From contig ONWT01000110.1 of assembly GCA_900321575.1 (NCBI GenBank), positions 1 through 34,564 on the forward strand: a stretch of DNA of 34,564 bases, read 5' to 3'. The translations under genes and the position numbers were made by a program. Shown one piece after another: positions 7,477 through 15,342 of the stretch; within the stretch, counting starts at the first letter, position 1; each line of letters begins with the position of its first letter. Under the pieces are notes generated by a model. That model saw only the letters and a list, made by a program, of their open reading frames with translations, searched no databases and had not been told where the DNA came from. This DNA is from an uncultured Lentisphaerota bacterium (GTDB lineage: Bacteria; Verrucomicrobiota; Kiritimatiellia; RFP12; UBA1067).

Positions 7477-7727
7477 CGTAATGGCTGCGGGCGCCATCGC
7501 GTTACCTACTGCGGCAAGTATCGAGAAGCAATTTTTCCGCTATCGCTTTCGCTAGGGCGCGGGTGGGTAGTGGCGGTTATGAAATAAAAGCCGCGGCCGA
7601 CGTAGTCATGCTCTTTTAGGCGATGGTTCATTTCGAGCCCCCTGCAGGCTGGGGCTCGCTACCTACCGCAGTAGTTGCAATTGCAGGAAGGCTGGTTGAT
7701 AGGGAGGCGCCGCCTGCGGGCGTCTCC
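7477..7727. repeat. Cluster of REP-like hairpins (8-bp stem, 9-nt conserved loop, GTAG-like flank) in alternating orientation
   Basis: A 7477-7509: CGTAATGG-CTGCGGGCG-CCATCGCG-TTACCTAC. B 7634-7666: CGAGCCCC-CTGCAGGCT-GGGGCTCG-CTACCTAC. C 7727-7695 (minus): GGAGACGC-CCGCAGGCG-GCGCCTCC-CTATCAAC. A degenerate fourth copy lies near 7563-7595. Confidence 0.7.
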
Positions 7728-8503
7728 TTTGCCCCTAGGTCGAAGCGGTTTTGGGCCCTAACCAGAAGCGTGGTTGGAACTATTCTGAATATCAGCCCCT
7801 TAACTCCTTCGATAAGGCGAATCTTGAATGGCGGGAGCGTTCTGGTTATGCCAGTAAGGTCGATGTTGTTTTCGCGGCAGACATCCAGGCCGAACTTTTC
7901 CCAGTAGCCTTTATGTACGGCATCCACGAAAGGGAACTCTTTTGTTTGCGTGACGAGAAGAGGGCGCTTTTCATCCCCTACCATAAAAGAACCATATCGC
8001 TCGAATTCCCATGCGCTCTTGTTGCGCCTTGCCAGCGCGAGCAGGAAATTCCGATTCCAGATACTTGTCTGGCAAGTTACGCAGTACGCTTTGTTCTTGG
8101 GCATCTCCAGCAAATCGCTGCCGTCGACAATGCGTTCTCCAGGCGGAAGCGGATTGAGCCGAAGACTGGCGGAATCATATTGTTTTGCTTCATTTAGGCG
8201 CAACAGAAAGCGTGCCGTGTCGACAGGCTCCGAAAGAAAGTAGTCGTTCATCAACATCAGCACATAGGGCGACTCTATCTTCTCCAATGCCTCGGCCAGC
8301 ATCTCGCACCATGTCTTTCCGCGTCCTGTGAGGATGGCGCGATCGAATCCCTCGGTGGCAATCGTTTCGGAAAGCAGTGTAGTTTCGAATGGACAATCCG
8401 GCCAAAATTTGCGCCAAAGGGCAATGAATGGCTTTTCGACATCATTGTATTTGTCGCACGAGCAGACGAGGACAGTGCAGTCGTGGTTTTTTATTTTGGG
8501 CAT
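7628..8503 (-). CDS. Conserved polysaccharide-locus protein, putative GT-A-fold glycosyltransferase
   Basis: N-terminal LVCSCDKY.D..KPF...W.KFWPDCPF, YVLMLMNDYFL, and Q.SIW...SAWEFE motifs. Likely start is ATG 8503 (or 8509), overlapping the flippase stop. The listed ORF's first ~95 residues are upstream read-through. Confidence 0.65.
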   Translation of the reverse strand: MPKIKNHDCTVLVCSCDKYNDVEKPFIALWRKFWPDCPFETTLLSETIATEGFDRAILTGRGKTWCEMLAEALEKIESPYVLMLMNDYFLSEPVDTARFLLRLNEAKQYDSASLRLNPLPPGERIVDGSDLLEMPKNKAYCVTCQTSIWNRNFLLALARRNKSAWEFERYGSFMVGDEKRPLLVTQTKEFPFVDAVHKGYWEKFGLDVCRENNIDLTGITRTLPPFKIRLIEGVKGLIFRIVPTTLLVRAQNRFDLGAKETPAGGASLSTSLPAIATTAVGSEPQPAGGSK

Positions 8504-9813
8504 TTCCATATCATCAGAGCAAGCCGCAATACGCCGATGCCCGTCAGCCACCAGAGCATTGCGGGGAGCGTTGTTATGTTGTGGACAGCGAGGAAGTTCG
8601 CCACGCTTGGCGGCAGCCACGACACGAAGTATCCGTAGCCCGTGACGCAAAGCAAGAGCACGGCGTTCAAAAGGTTGAGTGGAATCAGCCATTTGAGGTA
8701 ACCGAAGCGTTCCGCCGATATCGCGGCTGTCGTGTAAAGGCCCACAACGCATGCAAGGGCGGTGATTCCTGTTTGCCACGGTATGGCCCACCAATAGGCG
8801 GAATACTGTTCGCCGTGCGGCAAAAGCCGCAAAACCGGTTCGCCTATGAAAAAGAACGGCACGGCCACAAGGCCGCAGAAAGCCAGCGTCGCGGCCGAAG
8901 CCTTAAGCAGCAGCGGCCGCATATCCTTGCCTTTCGCCGCGAGTTCCGCAGTGAAGGGGAATATCGTGAAGACCAGCGTGGCATTCAGAAATGTTGCGAT
9001 TTCCGAAAAGCGGGTAGCCATATAGTAGCCTGCCGAATCAAGATCGGGCAATCTTTGCCGCAAAACTGTCGTTTCGACAAGAGAGGATATTCCGGACGCG
9101 AGCGCACTGGCCGCAAAAACAAGGAAGAGCTTGAGGAACCGTCTTACGACCGTCTTGTTCCAGTAAGGCTCGGGTTTCGCCGACAACTCTTTTCTCAGAC
9201 AAAACACCGAGGCTGCCATATTGAAGATAGGCGTGACCGACTGTCCGACGAAATAGCCTGAAAGTGCGCGAAAAGGCATCGTGACAAGCATGGCCACAAG
9301 CCTTATCGGCGCGGCTATTACATTTATCATGGAGTATTGGCGAAACTTCTTGAGCGATTGCATCGCGTTGAGGTATATCGGCGAGACGGTCCCGACAAAC
9401 GCGGCGAACAATATCAGAATGCCGAGGGAGCCTTCGACGATTCTAATTCTTTCAAGGAATAGCGGCAGCATGAAGCGCGAAGCGACGATCGCGATGAAGA
9501 GAAATACGGCCGCAGAGACAAACACGCCGCGCATCAGCGTTTTCAGCTTGCCGAATTCGCGCGACACGGTCAGGCGCGTCAATTCATTGCGGAAAGTGTT
9601 GGCGAAGACTGCGACGGGGAGGGCCAGAAAGTTTGCGAAGTTCGCGAGCGGCATCACCGCGCCAAGCTCGGAGGGGGCCACGTACTTCGGCACGAGCCAC
9701 AGTCCGACGAAGGCGTTTAACAGATCAGCGGCGCGGCAGGCAATGAAAAGCATCAGCGAATACCACCAGAAATCGCCTAATTTCTCATGCAACCTATAAA
9801 GGAATCTTTTCAT
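8491..9813 (-). CDS. Wzx/MOP-superfamily oligosaccharide flippase-like membrane protein
   Basis: 440 aa with about 12 hydrophobic segments, ELGAV and AGYY..A.RF patterns, in a glycosyltransferase context. Confidence 0.7.
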   Translation of the reverse strand: MKRFLYRLHEKLGDFWWYSLMLFIACRAADLLNAFVGLWLVPKYVAPSELGAVMPLANFANFLALPVAVFANTFRNELTRLTVSREFGKLKTLMRGVFVSAAVFLFIAIVASRFMLPLFLERIRIVEGSLGILILFAAFVGTVSPIYLNAMQSLKKFRQYSMINVIAAPIRLVAMLVTMPFRALSGYFVGQSVTPIFNMAASVFCLRKELSAKPEPYWNKTVVRRFLKLFLVFAASALASGISSLVETTVLRQRLPDLDSAGYYMATRFSEIATFLNATLVFTIFPFTAELAAKGKDMRPLLLKASAATLAFCGLVAVPFFFIGEPVLRLLPHGEQYSAYWWAIPWQTGITALACVVGLYTTAAISAERFGYLKWLIPLNLLNAVLLLCVTGYGYFVSWLPPSVANFLAVHNITTLPAMLWWLTGIGVLRLALMIWKCPK

Positions 9814-9824
9814 CGTGTGCGAGT

Positions 9825-9833
9825 ATTATACCA
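9825..9833 (-). promoter_or_regulatory. Extended -10 TGGTATAAT for the flippase operon
   Basis: Minus strand reads ATATGGTATAATAC. ATG lies 11 nt after the hexamer with no Shine-Dalgarno. Confidence 0.75.
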
Positions 9834-9869
9834 TATTTGCGCCAAGGCACGAATCGAGGCCGGTATTTT

Positions 9870-9878
9870 TGGTATAAT
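9870..9878 (+). promoter_or_regulatory. Extended -10 TGGTATAAT for the thiN operon
   Basis: TTTTGGTATAATAT with the GTG start 8 nt after the hexamer, which is leaderless geometry. Confidence 0.75.
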
Positions 9879-9886
9879 ATCCGTCT

Positions 9887-10480
9887 GTGAAAAAATCTGT
9901 CGTTATACTTGCCGCAGGGGATTTCCCCCGCAAGGGCGGCACTGCCTGGCGCATCTTGGAGAATGCGGACGTCGTCGTTTGCTGCGATGGCGCGGCGGAT
10001 GCTTTTCGCCGCAGGTTTTCGAGGGAGCCTGATTTCGCCGTGGGCGATTGCGACAGTCTGAAGGGCGAGTTTGCGAATGTGGTCCGTATTGCCGAGCAAG
10101 ACACGAACGATCTCGAAAAAGCGGCGAAGTTTTGCCGTGCGAAGGGCTGGCGAAATCCGGTCGTGCTCGGCGCGACGGGCAAGCGCGAAGACCATACGAT
10201 AGGGAATGTCTTTCGGGCGATGGATCTCGGGCTTGAGATTGTTTCGGACTATGGCCGTTTCGTTCCGTTTTGCGGGCGCAAAACGTTTGCCGTGCAGAAA
10301 GGCTCCGCAATTTCAGTTTTTGCGGCAGATCCTGCGGCGCGAATGTCGTCAACAGGTCTTCAATGGCCTTTGGATGGCGTAGTGTTCGCGAATCCCTACT
10401 GCGCCACGCTTAACCGCGCGACAGGCGAAAAGGTTGTCATCGAAACAGACAGGCGCGCGTGCGCATATATTGCGAGGTAG
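9887..10480 (+). CDS. thiN: Thiamine diphosphokinase
   Basis: Motifs CDGAA, VGDCDS, EQDTNDLEKA, LGATGKREDHTIGN, GLQWPL. Confidence 0.9.
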   Translation: MKKSVVILAAGDFPRKGGTAWRILENADVVVCCDGAADAFRRRFSREPDFAVGDCDSLKGEFANVVRIAEQDTNDLEKAAKFCRAKGWRNPVVLGATGKREDHTIGNVFRAMDLGLEIVSDYGRFVPFCGRKTFAVQKGSAISVFAADPAARMSSTGLQWPLDGVVFANPYCATLNRATGEKVVIETDRRACAYIAR

Positions 10481-10486
10481 TGTGAA

Positions 10487-11014
10487 ATGACGGTAACGCT
10501 TGCCAGCGGAAGCCCCAGAAGGGCAAAGATATTGTCGGCTCTAGGCGTCCGGTTCGATATTATCAAGACGGACGCGCAAGAGGTGTCGTATCCCGAAGAC
10601 CCCGAACGCACCGTCGTGGAGAACGCTCTGGCGAAAGGCGCTGCGGCGGCCGGGTGCCGTAATGTGCTTTCGGCGGACACGATCGTCTGGTTCGCCAGCA
10701 AGATATACGGCAAGCCGCGCGACCTCGACGAAGCGCGAGTGTTTTTGCGGGAACTTTCGGGAAAAACACATACCGTATTCACCGGTGTTGCTTTCGACGG
10801 ACAGGCGAAGGTCGTAAAGAGCGATGTTACGTTCCGCCCGCTGAGCGACGAAAAAATAGACGAATATGTGCGGCGCGTCCGCCCAACCGACCGTGCAGGC
10901 GCATATGACATAGACGAAAGCGGCGATCTTATCGTCGAGCATTGGACTGGCAGCTACGAAAACATAATGGGGTTGCCCGTCGAGCCGCTTAGAGAATGGG
11001 GAATTGTGGAATGA
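10487..11014 (+). CDS. maf: Maf-family nucleoside triphosphate pyrophosphatase
   Basis: Motifs LASGSPRR, ADT, GKP, LSGKTH.V.TG, AGAY, NIMGLP. Confidence 0.92.
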   Translation: MTVTLASGSPRRAKILSALGVRFDIIKTDAQEVSYPEDPERTVVENALAKGAAAAGCRNVLSADTIVWFASKIYGKPRDLDEARVFLRELSGKTHTVFTGVAFDGQAKVVKSDVTFRPLSDEKIDEYVRRVRPTDRAGAYDIDESGDLIVEHWTGSYENIMGLPVEPLREWGIVE

Positions 11015-11352
11015 TGGAACTTCTTCTCAATGATCTGGCCGTTGACTGCATAATCGGCGAAAGAGCCGACGAGCGCAATCGTGCGCAGCGGCTAAGAGTG
11101 GATGTCGCGCTGAAGGTCGAAGGCAAGGCCGACGAGACCGACGATCTTGCAGACACTGTAGACTATGCGGCCCTTGCGGACAGAATCCGCAGCGCGCTTG
11201 TCGAGGCGAAATGCAAAATGATAGAGCGCGCCGCCAGGATCGTATATGAATTGTGCCTTGAAGAGAAGCGCGTCGCTTCCGCCGAAGTCGCAGTTACGAA
11301 GGCCGGTGCGGTTGCGGGGTTGGGCTCGGCGACCGTGAAGTACAGGGGGTGA
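11011..11352 (+). CDS. folB: Dihydroneopterin aldolase
   Basis: Motifs IIG....ER...QRL.VD, DDLADTVDY, MIE, V.VTK. Start at ATG 11011 overlapping the maf stop. Confidence 0.88.
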   Translation: MMELLLNDLAVDCIIGERADERNRAQRLRVDVALKVEGKADETDDLADTVDYAALADRIRSALVEAKCKMIERAARIVYELCLEEKRVASAEVAVTKAGAVAGLGSATVKYRG

Positions 11353-11358
11353 AACGCA

Positions 11359-12132
11359 GTGGCGGTCTCGGCGAATACGTCTCCGGACAATCGTCCTGTC
11401 GGCTTCTTCGACAGCGGGCTTGGCGGGCTTTGCATACTTGAAGCCTTCAAGAAGGCGTGCCCTGCGGAAAATACGGTGTATATCGCCGACTCGGCGAACT
11501 GTCCGTACGGCAATCGTCCTGCGGACGAGATACGCCGCATCTCTTTCGCGAACACGCGCGAGCTGCTGTCCAAGTACGGTTGCAAGATGATAGTCGTGGC
11601 GTGCAATACTGCGACAGCGGCCGCGATAGACGCGTTGAGAGAAAGCTTTCCGGAGACTCCTTTTATCGGCATCGAGCCCGCAATCAAGCCTGCGGCGCTG
11701 AACTCGAAAAGCGGAGTCGTCGGCGTGCTTGCCACGGCGGGGACTTTCAACGGCCGCCTGTACAGGGAAACGACTGCGCGATTTGCGCGGGACGTAACCG
11801 TAATCGCGGCCGTTGCCGACGAGTTTGTCGCGCTGGTCGAACGTGGCGAGACGTCGGGCATCGAGGCGGAGCGCACGGTAAAGGCCAAGGTCGAGCCGCT
11901 CTTGGCGGCAGGGGCCGATCATATCGTGCTCGGCTGTACGCATTTTCCGCACCTGAAACATCTTATGGAAAAGGTTGCCTGCGGACGCGCCGAAGTGGTA
12001 GACCCTTCGGACGCGGTTGTGCGGCAGGCGGAACGTGTGCTGGCAAAGATGAATCTGAAAGGCGCGACAGACGCGCCATACCACAAGTTTATCCGTACAA
12101 AAGGAGGCGGCGATGTCCAGACTTGCTGTTGA
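11359..12132 (+). CDS. murI: Glutamate racemase
   Basis: Motifs FDSGLGGL, PYG, VACNTAT, VLGCTHF; both catalytic Cys residues present. Confidence 0.95.
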   Translation: MAVSANTSPDNRPVGFFDSGLGGLCILEAFKKACPAENTVYIADSANCPYGNRPADEIRRISFANTRELLSKYGCKMIVVACNTATAAAIDALRESFPETPFIGIEPAIKPAALNSKSGVVGVLATAGTFNGRLYRETTARFARDVTVIAAVADEFVALVERGETSGIEAERTVKAKVEPLLAAGADHIVLGCTHFPHLKHLMEKVACGRAEVVDPSDAVVRQAERVLAKMNLKGATDAPYHKFIRTKGGGDVQTCC

Positions 12133-13375
12133 TGGCGGAGAGAAAATCCAAAAGACGCCATTCCCCCAATGGCCGAAGTTCGACAGAAATGCCGAGCGGA
12201 GCGTGATAGGCGCCATGCGCTCTGGGAAGGTCAATTATTGGACAGGTCTTTGCGGAAGAAACTTCGAGAGCGCTTGGTCGAAATGGCTCGGCTGCCGTAA
12301 CGCCATCACGGTTTCGAACGGAACAGCGGCCTTGCATTTGGCGCTCACGGCGCTCGGCGTCGGCTCGGGCGATGAAGTCATTTGCACGTCATATTCGTTC
12401 ATAGCGTCTTCTTTCTGCGCACTCCAGGCGGGGGCGATACCCGTGTTCTGCGATGTGGGCGAAGACCATATTATAGATCCGTCCAAGATCGAGCCTCTCA
12501 TCACAAAACGCACGAAAGCGATAGTTGTGGTGCATCTGTACGGCATGGTGGCGGATATGGATCCTATAATGTCCATTGCGAAGGCACACGGCCTTTTCGT
12601 CGTCGAGGATTGCGCCCAATGCATTGGCGGCGTCTACAAGGGACGGAAGGCGGGCACGATTGGCGATGCGGGCTGTTTTTCGTTCTGCCACTCCAAGCAG
12701 ATTACGACAGGCGGCGAAGGCGGCATGGTGTGCTGCAACAACGACGCCTTGGCTTGGACCATACGGTCGCTCAGAGACCATGGCACGGACGTGAAAGCGA
12801 AATTGGAGGGCAAGTCTTCCACAAGCGCGAGACCCTATTCGCACATACGGGTCGGATACAATTTCAGGATGACGGAACTTCAAAGCGCGATCGGCTTGAG
12901 CGAACTCGCGCGCTATGACGAGTGGAACCTTGTCCGGCGAAGAAAGCTCGGTCGCAAGCTTGTCGCGGCTTTGTCGAAACATCCGCTCGTGAAGTTTGCG
13001 CCTGTGGACACGGACGAACGCGTCAACAGTTATTGGCTGGCGCCGTTCGTTCTCAAGGAAGAGCTCTTGACGGTTTCCGTTTCCCGGTTTATCGAAGCCG
13101 TGCAGGCAGAGGGTGTAGGCGCGTATGCCATATTCTGGCCCGAAATGTACAGGGAAGACGCCTATGTGAAGCGAGTGGGCTTCGGCGGGAGAAACTATCC
13201 CTTCAACGATCCGGCCAACGGCAACCCCGAATGGTCGGCCGTCGATTGTCCCGTCGCCCGCAAGATGGCGTCCGCGACAATAGCATTCTGGACCCACCCC
13301 ACATATACTATGAGGAATATGGACGCAGACATAAAAGCCTTCAGAAAAGTCGCCTGCGCCTATATGAAGCACTAA
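12113..13375 (+). CDS. DegT/DnrJ/EryC1/StrS family PLP-dependent aminotransferase
   Basis: Motifs SNGTAALH, VHLYG, EDCAQ, FSF..SK.ITTGGEGG, GYNFRMTE. Confidence 0.92.
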   Translation: MSRLAVDGGEKIQKTPFPQWPKFDRNAERSVIGAMRSGKVNYWTGLCGRNFESAWSKWLGCRNAITVSNGTAALHLALTALGVGSGDEVICTSYSFIASSFCALQAGAIPVFCDVGEDHIIDPSKIEPLITKRTKAIVVVHLYGMVADMDPIMSIAKAHGLFVVEDCAQCIGGVYKGRKAGTIGDAGCFSFCHSKQITTGGEGGMVCCNNDALAWTIRSLRDHGTDVKAKLEGKSSTSARPYSHIRVGYNFRMTELQSAIGLSELARYDEWNLVRRRKLGRKLVAALSKHPLVKFAPVDTDERVNSYWLAPFVLKEELLTVSVSRFIEAVQAEGVGAYAIFWPEMYREDAYVKRVGFGGRNYPFNDPANGNPEWSAVDCPVARKMASATIAFWTHPTYTMRNMDADIKAFRKVACAYMKH

Positions 13376-13391
13376 TGGACAAGGAGGTACC

Positions 13392-14048
13392 ATGAAAAGA
13401 GCACCCGGCAAATACACAAGGGGAGAAGAAATCGCCAACGCGGTCACGCATGTGGTCGGTTCGCATCTTGGCGCCGCGATGTTGGCGCTTCTCGTATGGC
13501 AAGGCGCGACCAGCGACGTTGATGTCGGCTGGAAGGTCACGTCCGCCTCGATCTTCGGTTTTTCGATGATTCTTCTCTATGCAGTTTCGTCGGCCTATCA
13601 CACGGTAACATATCCTCCAGCGAAGCGTGTTCTGCATATCATGGATCATATGGCGATATATTTTCTAATCGCAGGCAGCTATACGCCTTTTTGTCTCGTG
13701 ACATTGAGGCCGGAGCATCCTGCTTTGGCGTGGTCGATATTCGGCATAGAATGGGGCGCTACGATTGCGGGGATTTTCTTCAAGCTGAAGACTACGGGAA
13801 AATTCCGTTACCTGTCGACAAGCGCGTACGTGCTGATGGGTTGGGCGGCCCTCGCCGCCATCGCACCGCTCGTCCGGACATTGCACGGCCTCGGCACGAT
13901 GTGGCTGACCCTCGGCGGGGGACTGTACACGCTGGGGTGCGTCTTTTATCTTTGGAAGTCTTTGCCCTACGCACACATGGTCTGGCATCTTTTCGTGCTT
14001 GCCGGCACCATCTCGCACTTCTTCTGCGTCCTGTGGTATGTAATGTGA
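13392..14048 (+). CDS. Hemolysin III / PAQR family membrane protein
   Basis: Motifs EEIANAVTH, SSAYH, DHMAIYFLIAGSYTPF, HMVWHLFVL. Shine-Dalgarno AAGGAGG upstream. Confidence 0.93.
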   Translation: MKRAPGKYTRGEEIANAVTHVVGSHLGAAMLALLVWQGATSDVDVGWKVTSASIFGFSMILLYAVSSAYHTVTYPPAKRVLHIMDHMAIYFLIAGSYTPFCLVTLRPEHPALAWSIFGIEWGATIAGIFFKLKTTGKFRYLSTSAYVLMGWAALAAIAPLVRTLHGLGTMWLTLGGGLYTLGCVFYLWKSLPYAHMVWHLFVLAGTISHFFCVLWYVM

Positions 14049-14063
14049 CTCGGACGCCAAATA

Positions 14064-14072
14064 TGGTATAAT
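14064..14072 (+). promoter_or_regulatory. Extended -10 TGGTATAAT for the oxidoreductase operon
   Basis: ATATGGTATAATAT lies in the 44-bp gap after the hemolysin III gene. Confidence 0.75.
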
Positions 14073-14092
14073 ATCCACAATGAGGTTTAGAT

Positions 14093-14290
14093 ATGGTTGT
14101 AGTCGATAATGAAAATTGCAAGGGATGCGGACGTTGCGTCGCCGCATGCCCCAAGAAATGCCTCGAGTTGGGCGAAAAGCTCAATTCGATGGGCATAAAG
14201 GCTGTCCAATACAAGGGCGAAGGTTGCATAAGCTGCGGCATATGCTTTTACAATTGTCCAGAACCGTATGCATTGAAGGTTGAAAAATGA
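14093..14290 (+). CDS. 2x[4Fe-4S] ferredoxin-like delta subunit of 2-oxoacid:ferredoxin oxidoreductase
   Basis: Motifs CKGCGRCVAACP and CISCGICFYNCP. Shine-Dalgarno GAGGT upstream. Confidence 0.92.
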   Translation: MVVVDNENCKGCGRCVAACPKKCLELGEKLNSMGIKAVQYKGEGCISCGICFYNCPEPYALKVEK

Positions 14291-15342
14291 CTAAATTCGT
14301 CAAAGGCAACGAAGCCGTCGTGATGGGTGCGCTCTATGCGGGGTGCGACCTTTATTTCGGCTATCCGATCACACCCGCGAGCGAAATCGCGCACGGAGCC
14401 GCAAAATGGTTCCCGATGCTTGGGCGCACATTTGTTCAGGCTGAATGCGAAACCGCGTCCATAAACATGATGTTCGGCGCGGCCGGTGCGGGAAAGCTTT
14501 GCATGACCGCTACGAGCGGTCCCGGCTTTTCGCTGATGCAAGAGGGTATTTCGTACCTCGCCGGCGCGGAATTGCCCGCAGTCGTCGTGAACATAAACCG
14601 TGCGGGGCCTGGTCTCGGCAATGTTTACCCCGAGCAGAGCGATTACACCCCCGCCGTCAAGGGCGGCGGCCACGGCAGCTACCAGACGTTCACTCTTGCG
14701 CCTGCCAGCGCACAGGAAATGTTCGACCTTACCGTGAAGGCGTTCGAGATGGCCGCGAAGTGGCGCACGCCCGCCGTGGTCTTTGCGGACGGCCTCCAAG
14801 GGCAGATGATGGAGACGGTCGAAATGCCCTCCGACGAACTGCCCAGGCCCGATTTCAGCGAGTGGGCCGCGCAAGGAGAGCCCAAGACGAGAACGAATCT
14901 CGTCAAGTCGATATATCTCGACGCGGCTCAGCAGGAACAATTCAACCGCCATCTGCAGGACAAATACGCGCAGATGCGCGAAGACGCCATCGGCGAGGCG
15001 TATCTCGCTGATGACGCCGAATTGCTCATCGTCGGCTATGGCATATCCGGCAGAATCGCCCGCACCACTGCGGAAGAGCTCCGCAAGGCCGGCGTCAAGG
15101 CAGGTGTGTTCCGTTCGGTGACGCTAAATCCGTTCCCGAGGCAGATGCTAGCGTCCGTCGCCAAAGGGCGCAAGATAATGTGCATCGAGCTCGATGCGGG
15201 ACAATTTGCCGATGATGTCCGCCTGAATCTCGCTAAGGCGGGTCTGGGCGCCGAGGCGGCGAATGTGGCGATGATCAACCGCATGGGCGGCGAAGTCGTG
15301 TCGGTCGATGATGCGGTAAAATTCGCGAAGGAGATGGTCTGA
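14287..15342 (+). CDS. vorB: 2-oxoacid:ferredoxin oxidoreductase alpha-type subunit (VorB-like)
   Basis: Motifs KGNEA, FGYPITPASE, QAECE, TATSGPGFSLMQE, RAGPGLGN...EQSDY. Confidence 0.88.
   Translation: MTKFVKGNEAVVMGALYAGCDLYFGYPITPASEIAHGAAKWFPMLGRTFVQAECETASINMMFGAAGAGKLCMTATSGPGFSLMQEGISYLAGAELPAVVVNINRAGPGLGNVYPEQSDYTPAVKGGGHGSYQTFTLAPASAQEMFDLTVKAFEMAAKWRTPAVVFADGLQGQMMETVEMPSDELPRPDFSEWAAQGEPKTRTNLVKSIYLDAAQQEQFNRHLQDKYAQMREDAIGEAYLADDAELLIVGYGISGRIARTTAEELRKAGVKAGVFRSVTLNPFPRQMLASVAKGRKIMCIELDAGQFADDVRLNLAKAGLGAEAANVAMINRMGGEVVSVDDAVKFAKEMV

Noticed and set aside
8510-8794. N-terminal ~95 aa of the listed 388-aa ORF
   Set aside because: Overlaps the flippase gene in another frame; family-like sequence begins only near MPKIKNHDCTVLV.
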